Shown here: piece after piece, positions 59,946 to 64,000 of the stretch | Layout: every line of letters starts with the position of its first letter | Position numbering within the stretch: the first letter of the stretch is position 1 | From: a virus | IMG/VR virus record: IMGVR_UViG_3300028283_000002 | Coordinates: 6,438-70,437 of that record | Length of the DNA stretch: 64,000 nt | Strand: one strand, 5' to 3' | The notes under the pieces: model-generated | Told to the model about the DNA's origin: nothing | What the model saw: only the letters and a program-made list of their open reading frames with translations | The model's database searches: none | Program-made: the position numbers and the translations under genes

Positions 59946-61016
59946 TTAATCGTGATCTACATATTCCCAATACTCTCCAGCTTTGAAATTTCTAAATCTA
60001 TTAGTTAAATAATCTCCCGTTGTGATAAAAAATTTAAACGTGTCCATGAAAGGATTATCATGTGGTGTTCCGTAATCCATACCCATATTGACTCTTAGAA
60101 GTATTCCCTTCTTATCTACTTCAGCCTTAGTTAAAAACCCTTTCTTCTTGGCGTAGTCTAAAAATAATTTCTCAATAAAATCTTCAGTACAATAAATTCT
60201 ATCCATATAGATAACACCCTTTGGTTCGTCTAATTTCCATAATAAAGCCCTACCTAATAATCTACTCATTGGATTTAATATGTATAACAATTTCACTTTC
60301 TCTGGGTTGTTAGTGTAGATGGGTAATCTTCTTTGTGAACGAACGTGTTTCATACAAGATTGGTGTAAAGAACCACCTCCTTCAGCGTAAAACATTTCGA
60401 GGTACCATTTGGCCATATCAATGCCTTTTGCTATTTTAAATCTACCGAAATCATCTTTATTAAGATTAAATGAAAATTTATAATCGTTAATATAATCTTC
60501 TATTATCATATCAGTATCGTTAATAATTTTCTTTAGAAATCTTCCCACTCTAATATTTTGACGCATAGTTGAAGTCCAAGGATCTTCACCTTTATCTAAT
60601 CTTTTAAAATTATCAGCACTTAAACAAGACACTGTATCGTTTCTTTGTGTTACGTCAATATAAGATACGTCACAGAAAAATATTTTTTCGTAATCTAAAA
60701 GAAATTTTAAACTATAAGCAGAGATGTCTTTGAATTTTCTAGAATACATTAAAGGTATATTATCATCACTCTTATTATTAATGAATAAATCTGTCCATTT
60801 TGGATCTCTTATAAACCAACCGTTATTATTATATATCTCGCCTCCTAAATCGTGTAATTTATCGTTAAATCTATTTAAAAATTGTACACCACTCTTTTTT
60901 AATACTCCTATATGGTTATGTGTTTTCAAGTCATCGATGTCCCCGTTAACAACTACAAGGTCGCCAACTTTGGGTACAATAACAGATTCTTCAAATAGTT
61001 TATAGGATAACATCAT
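59946..61016 (-). CDS. SCM/RALLW/YMDR family paralog 5
   Basis: MMLSYKLFEES; GSLHQSCM, NPEKV, GRALLW, YMDRIY, NPFMDTF, YVDHD*. Confidence 0.8.
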   Translation of the reverse strand: MMLSYKLFEESVIVPKVGDLVVVNGDIDDLKTHNHIGVLKKSGVQFLNRFNDKLHDLGGEIYNNNGWFIRDPKWTDLFINNKSDDNIPLMYSRKFKDISAYSLKFLLDYEKIFFCDVSYIDVTQRNDTVSCLSADNFKRLDKGEDPWTSTMRQNIRVGRFLKKIINDTDMIIEDYINDYKFSFNLNKDDFGRFKIAKGIDMAKWYLEMFYAEGGGSLHQSCMKHVRSQRRLPIYTNNPEKVKLLYILNPMSRLLGRALLWKLDEPKGVIYMDRIYCTEDFIEKLFLDYAKKKGFLTKAEVDKKGILLRVNMGMDYGTPHDNPFMDTFKFFITTGDYLTNRFRNFKAGEYWEYVDHD

Positions 61017-61117
61017 AAATTGATGATAAATTTTTCGTTATATATTAATTTTTAAATCTTAAATTTTAAAACTTTATTCACTATTGATTATATATCTATG
61101 AAAATAAAGACTATGGA

Positions 61118-62320
61118 ATGATAAAAGTTTTAGTACTCACCTCAGATGTTGACGGAATAGGTTACTACCGTAATTTTATGCCACACCTTACAATTAATGA
61201 CCCAGAGTTTGAAGTTGATATAAGAATGTTACAAGACGGCACACTCAACTTATTAGACCCCAATTTCATGGGACAATACAAAATATTATTTTACAATAAA
61301 TCAATACCATTTGCTAAACCCGAGTTTTTTGAATCATTTAATCAAAATCTCAAAAATCTAAACATTAAAGTTGTCTACGACATTGATGATTATTGGGTTT
61401 TAAGCTCTTCACATTTAAATTACGATATGTGGAAAAAATCAAAAGCAGATGAAGTGATTACTAGGGCTTTAAGAGAAGCTGATCACGTTACTACTACAAC
61501 TCCATTATTCGCCAACAGAATATCAGAAATCAATCCTAATGTTTCAGTTATGGCTAACGCTGTGAACTTGGAAGAACAACAATGGACATTTAATCGTAGA
61601 CCGTCAGATAAAATAAGATTTTTGTGGGGTGGTGGTATTAGTCATATGGTTGATCTTAGATTATTGAAGACTTCATTTGAAATGTTTGATAAGGACTTTT
61701 TAAAGAATGCTCAATTATTTATGTGTGGTTACGATCTTAGAGTTAGAACACCAAAAGGTATGATACAAAAGAGTGATCCTAGAACTAATCAATGGAGTTT
61801 CTTCGAAGATATATTTACAAATAGAGGTAAATATATTACTGGCGTAGAACATAGGAAATATCTTCAAACATACGATGATAAAGGTTACGGAATAAATGAA
61901 GAACATATTAATGAATTTTACCAAAGAAGATGGACACGTCCTATTTTAAATTACGGACATATGTACAATGAGGCTGATGTTTGTTTATCACCTTTAAAAA
62001 ATAACCAGATGTTTAACTTTTATAAATCTAATCTTAAAGTTATTGAAGCTGGTGCTCATCATTGTCCACTTATTGCTAGTAATTACGGCCCTTATACGGT
62101 AGATGATATTGAAGGTAAGAAAGACGGTAAACAGAAAGGATTTTTGATTGACGAAGATAAACCGAAAATGTGGTACGAAAAAATGAAATTCTACGTTGAA
62201 AATCCAGATGTTATGAGAGAACACGGTGAGAATTTATTTAATTACGTTAAAGAAAATTTATGCATTAAAGTTGTTGGTGAAAAAAGAAAACAACTTTATA
62301 AAAAAGTAGTGGAGGCATAA
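61118..62320 (+). CDS. GT-B fold glycosyltransferase (GT4-like)
   Basis: DGIGYYRN..PH, VVYDIDDYW, N.V, WGGG.SH..D, KSNLKVIEAG, ASNYGPY. Confidence 0.8.
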   Translation: MIKVLVLTSDVDGIGYYRNFMPHLTINDPEFEVDIRMLQDGTLNLLDPNFMGQYKILFYNKSIPFAKPEFFESFNQNLKNLNIKVVYDIDDYWVLSSSHLNYDMWKKSKADEVITRALREADHVTTTTPLFANRISEINPNVSVMANAVNLEEQQWTFNRRPSDKIRFLWGGGISHMVDLRLLKTSFEMFDKDFLKNAQLFMCGYDLRVRTPKGMIQKSDPRTNQWSFFEDIFTNRGKYITGVEHRKYLQTYDDKGYGINEEHINEFYQRRWTRPILNYGHMYNEADVCLSPLKNNQMFNFYKSNLKVIEAGAHHCPLIASNYGPYTVDDIEGKKDGKQKGFLIDEDKPKMWYEKMKFYVENPDVMREHGENLFNYVKENLCIKVVGEKRKQLYKKVVEA

Positions 62321-62321
62321 T

Positions 62322-62818
62322 ATGAAAACAGAAGAAGTTAAAATGAAAACAGACGAAATATTAAAATCCATAGACGAAGTAAGAAAGAATTGGGTAAAAT
62401 ATATGACGTCAATATCGAAAAAGTGAAAAAAGAACTAGAAGAAGTGGCTATACCAAATTTCGAGAAATTAACAAAAAAATTAAACGATACAGTAGCACAA
62501 GTATTTGGATGGAGCGCTGACTATCACTTTGTTGAAATATCAAATATAGACGTTATCGATAATTACCAAACGTATAATATCGTTGAGGTTAAACAGATTA
62601 AAGTTTTGATACCAGAGGAATCAGCAGATAAAACAGATAATTTTATTGTATTGGTGCCTAAAAATCAATTTGGTGTGAGAGAACCTAATATGATGGATAT
62701 AATTTATTTTAGAAATACATTGTATATGGTTAATAGTGTCTTCAAAAGCGAAGATACAAACTCTTACGAGTTAACTATATCGAAATATCAACAATATAGT
62801 GTACTAAAAGGATTATAA
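62322..62818 (+). CDS. Hypothetical protein, frameshifted near 62383
   Basis: MKTEEVKMKTDEILKSIDEVR (ATG 62322) joins KELGKIYDVNIEK with one added base; the track starts at TTG 62390. Confidence 0.55.
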
Positions 62819-62833
62819 AAATAAGTTATTTAT

Positions 62834-63400
62834 ATGAAACTAGAAGATAAAATTAAAGAATTAGAAGATAAGAAAAAGTCTATAATGACTTCTATTATGG
62901 ATGAAAAAGTCGAAAAAGAAGTAGTTGGCGATCTTCTCGATGAAATCATTAATATAAAATACGCTATATCACAATTGAAAGAAGTTGATAATATTGAGGA
63001 AGAAGAAGACGATTATCATCTTAACGTGGACGCTTATATCGAAAAGATTAAAACAGAAAGTGCTCATCATACTATGGGATCAACCACTTATGATATTCAA
63101 AGAAAATTGGTCACTAAAATAGAAGTTCTTAAAAATAAAACTTTAGCTACAAAATTAATTACAAATGGTAATATGGCTGCTGTTTTAGGAGACGTCGCTG
63201 GTTATACTCTAACCCCAATAAACGCTGGTAGATTAAATCAAGTTGATCCAAGAATACCATACCCTATGGGGCAAATAGGTAATTTACAGATATTTGTAGA
63301 CGCTTTTCAGAGATGGGATGATAATAGAATTGTATTATACGCGAATGAAAACGAGGTAGCCACTTTAATAGTAAAGGACACACAAGGTGTACTTATATAA
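62834..63400 (+). CDS. Truncated gp23-like capsid-fold paralog with N-terminal coiled coil
   Basis: LITNGNMAAVL...PYPMGQIGNLQIFVDAF resembles the gp23 segment (F/V)GxLxGxxKVYIDPY. Confidence 0.5.
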   Translation: MKLEDKIKELEDKKKSIMTSIMDEKVEKEVVGDLLDEIINIKYAISQLKEVDNIEEEEDDYHLNVDAYIEKIKTESAHHTMGSTTYDIQRKLVTKIEVLKNKTLATKLITNGNMAAVLGDVAGYTLTPINAGRLNQVDPRIPYPMGQIGNLQIFVDAFQRWDDNRIVLYANENEVATLIVKDTQGVLI

Positions 63401-63422
63401 TTTAATATATAGCAATAAAAAC

Positions 63423-63430
63423 AAAGGAGG
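63423..63430 (+). promoter_or_regulatory. Strong Shine-Dalgarno sequence of rpsU
   Basis: AAAGGAGG 4 nt before ATG 63435. Confidence 0.7.
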
Positions 63431-63434
63431 ATAA

Positions 63435-63635
63435 ATGTTAATAGTAGAATTAAAAAATGGTTTAACAATAGACAGAGCACTTAAAATACTTAAAGGTAAA
63501 GTAGCTAAAACTAAAATGGTCAAGCAGTTAAGAGATAGACAAGCCTATGTTAAACCATCTGTGGCTAGAAGAGCTGAAATACAGAAAGCAATTTACATAC
63601 AAGGATTAAGAAAGGAAGAAGAGGATGATAAATAA
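63435..63635 (+). CDS. rpsU: Ribosomal protein bS21
   Basis: IDRALKILKGKV.KT..VKQLRDRQAYVKPSVARRAEIQKA, Bacteroidota-type S21. Confidence 0.92.
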   Translation: MLIVELKNGLTIDRALKILKGKVAKTKMVKQLRDRQAYVKPSVARRAEIQKAIYIQGLRKEEEDDK

Positions 63636-63831
63636 ATTAAAGTATAAAATCACTTATAGATGTCCTACTCCTCACACACCTGAGGCTGATAGTGAAGAGA
63701 TTTTTATCGATGCTTATAACGATAAAAGAGCAGTAGATAAATTTTATTCTATGTTCAAAAGTAGAACATTTGTATTTGAAAAGGTGGAAGAAGTAATAGT
63801 AGAAAAAACACATAAAGTAGATGCCAAATAA
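63625..63831 (+). CDS. Hypothetical protein
   Basis: 68-aa ORF overlapping both neighbours. Confidence 0.55.
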   Translation: MINKLKYKITYRCPTPHTPEADSEEIFIDAYNDKRAVDKFYSMFKSRTFVFEKVEEVIVEKTHKVDAK

Positions 63832-64000
63832 AGTAGATCAACAACACAAAGAATTAATCAGAAAAATTTTAAGATACGGTTCCACTAAGAAAGATAGAAC
63901 AGGAGTTGGAACAAAATCTATTTTCGCTCACCAACTGGTGTACGATATGGAAGATGGATTCCCTTTGCTCACATTAAGGAAAATTCATTCTAAATCATTC
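63821..64000 (+). CDS. thyA: Thymidylate synthase ThyA (5' part, runs off window)
   Basis: Manual translation MPNKVDQQHKELIRKILRYG..K.DRTGVGTKSIF...DMEDGFPLLTLRK. Confidence 0.93.
   Translation, partial: MPNKVDQQHKELIRKILRYGSTKKDRTGVGTKSIFAHQLVYDMEDGFPLLTLRKIHSKSF

Noticed and set aside
3690-62385. At least seven frameshifted genes (about 3690, 10255, 15220, 15815, 26838, 41885, 62383) as programmed frameshifting or pseudogenisation
   Set aside because: Most are repaired by adding 1-2 nt, several in homopolymer or dinucleotide runs, in unrelated genes with intact motifs and no shared slippery site or stimulator. Assembly indel errors are more parsimonious; read mapping would decide

Overview
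AT-rich (about 25-30% GC by eye), densely coding segment of a large tailed dsDNA (jumbo) phage, translated with standard code 11. T4-like traits are gp23-like capsid paralogs, T4-style capsid-targeting N-termini and thyA. A Bacteroidota host is likely, given phage bS21, mostly SD-less AT-rich leaders, an LSSC lipoprotein and Bacteroidota-type small proteins. Most genes lie on the minus strand. Recognisable genes: GT-A and GT-B glycosyltransferases, SAM methyltransferases, a Pol-beta nucleotidyltransferase, M50B and M28-like peptidases, a radical SAM enzyme, an ECF-like sigma factor, two DNA MTases next to a candidate REase, an amidoligase plus GATase, PiT plus DUF47, a DEDDh exonuclease, a macrodomain, RtcB, four or five homing endonucleases, rpsU and the start of thyA. 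The most striking unexplained structure is a shared two-tag grammar. About 20 proteins start with a T4 CTS-like peptide (M-x-x-Y/F-x-x-F-x-N-E), and 12 proteins carry 13 copies of an acidic DPYGEExW(D/E) motif, mostly at the extreme C-terminus. Together with a 5-6 member SCM/RALLW/YMDR paralog family and a putative Sm-like barrel family, this suggests an undescribed virion-packaged effector arsenal. Other highlights: tiny unannotated RHH genes coupled to homing endonucleases, an orphan Xre/MbcA/ParS-type antitoxin domain, a sigma-4 HTH split by a ~90-aa insert, a degenerate PolB chimera, and a strong Shine-Dalgarno on the bS21 gene. At least seven 1-2 nt frameshifts look like assembly indels. 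All family assignments are from motif recognition by eye; no searches were run.
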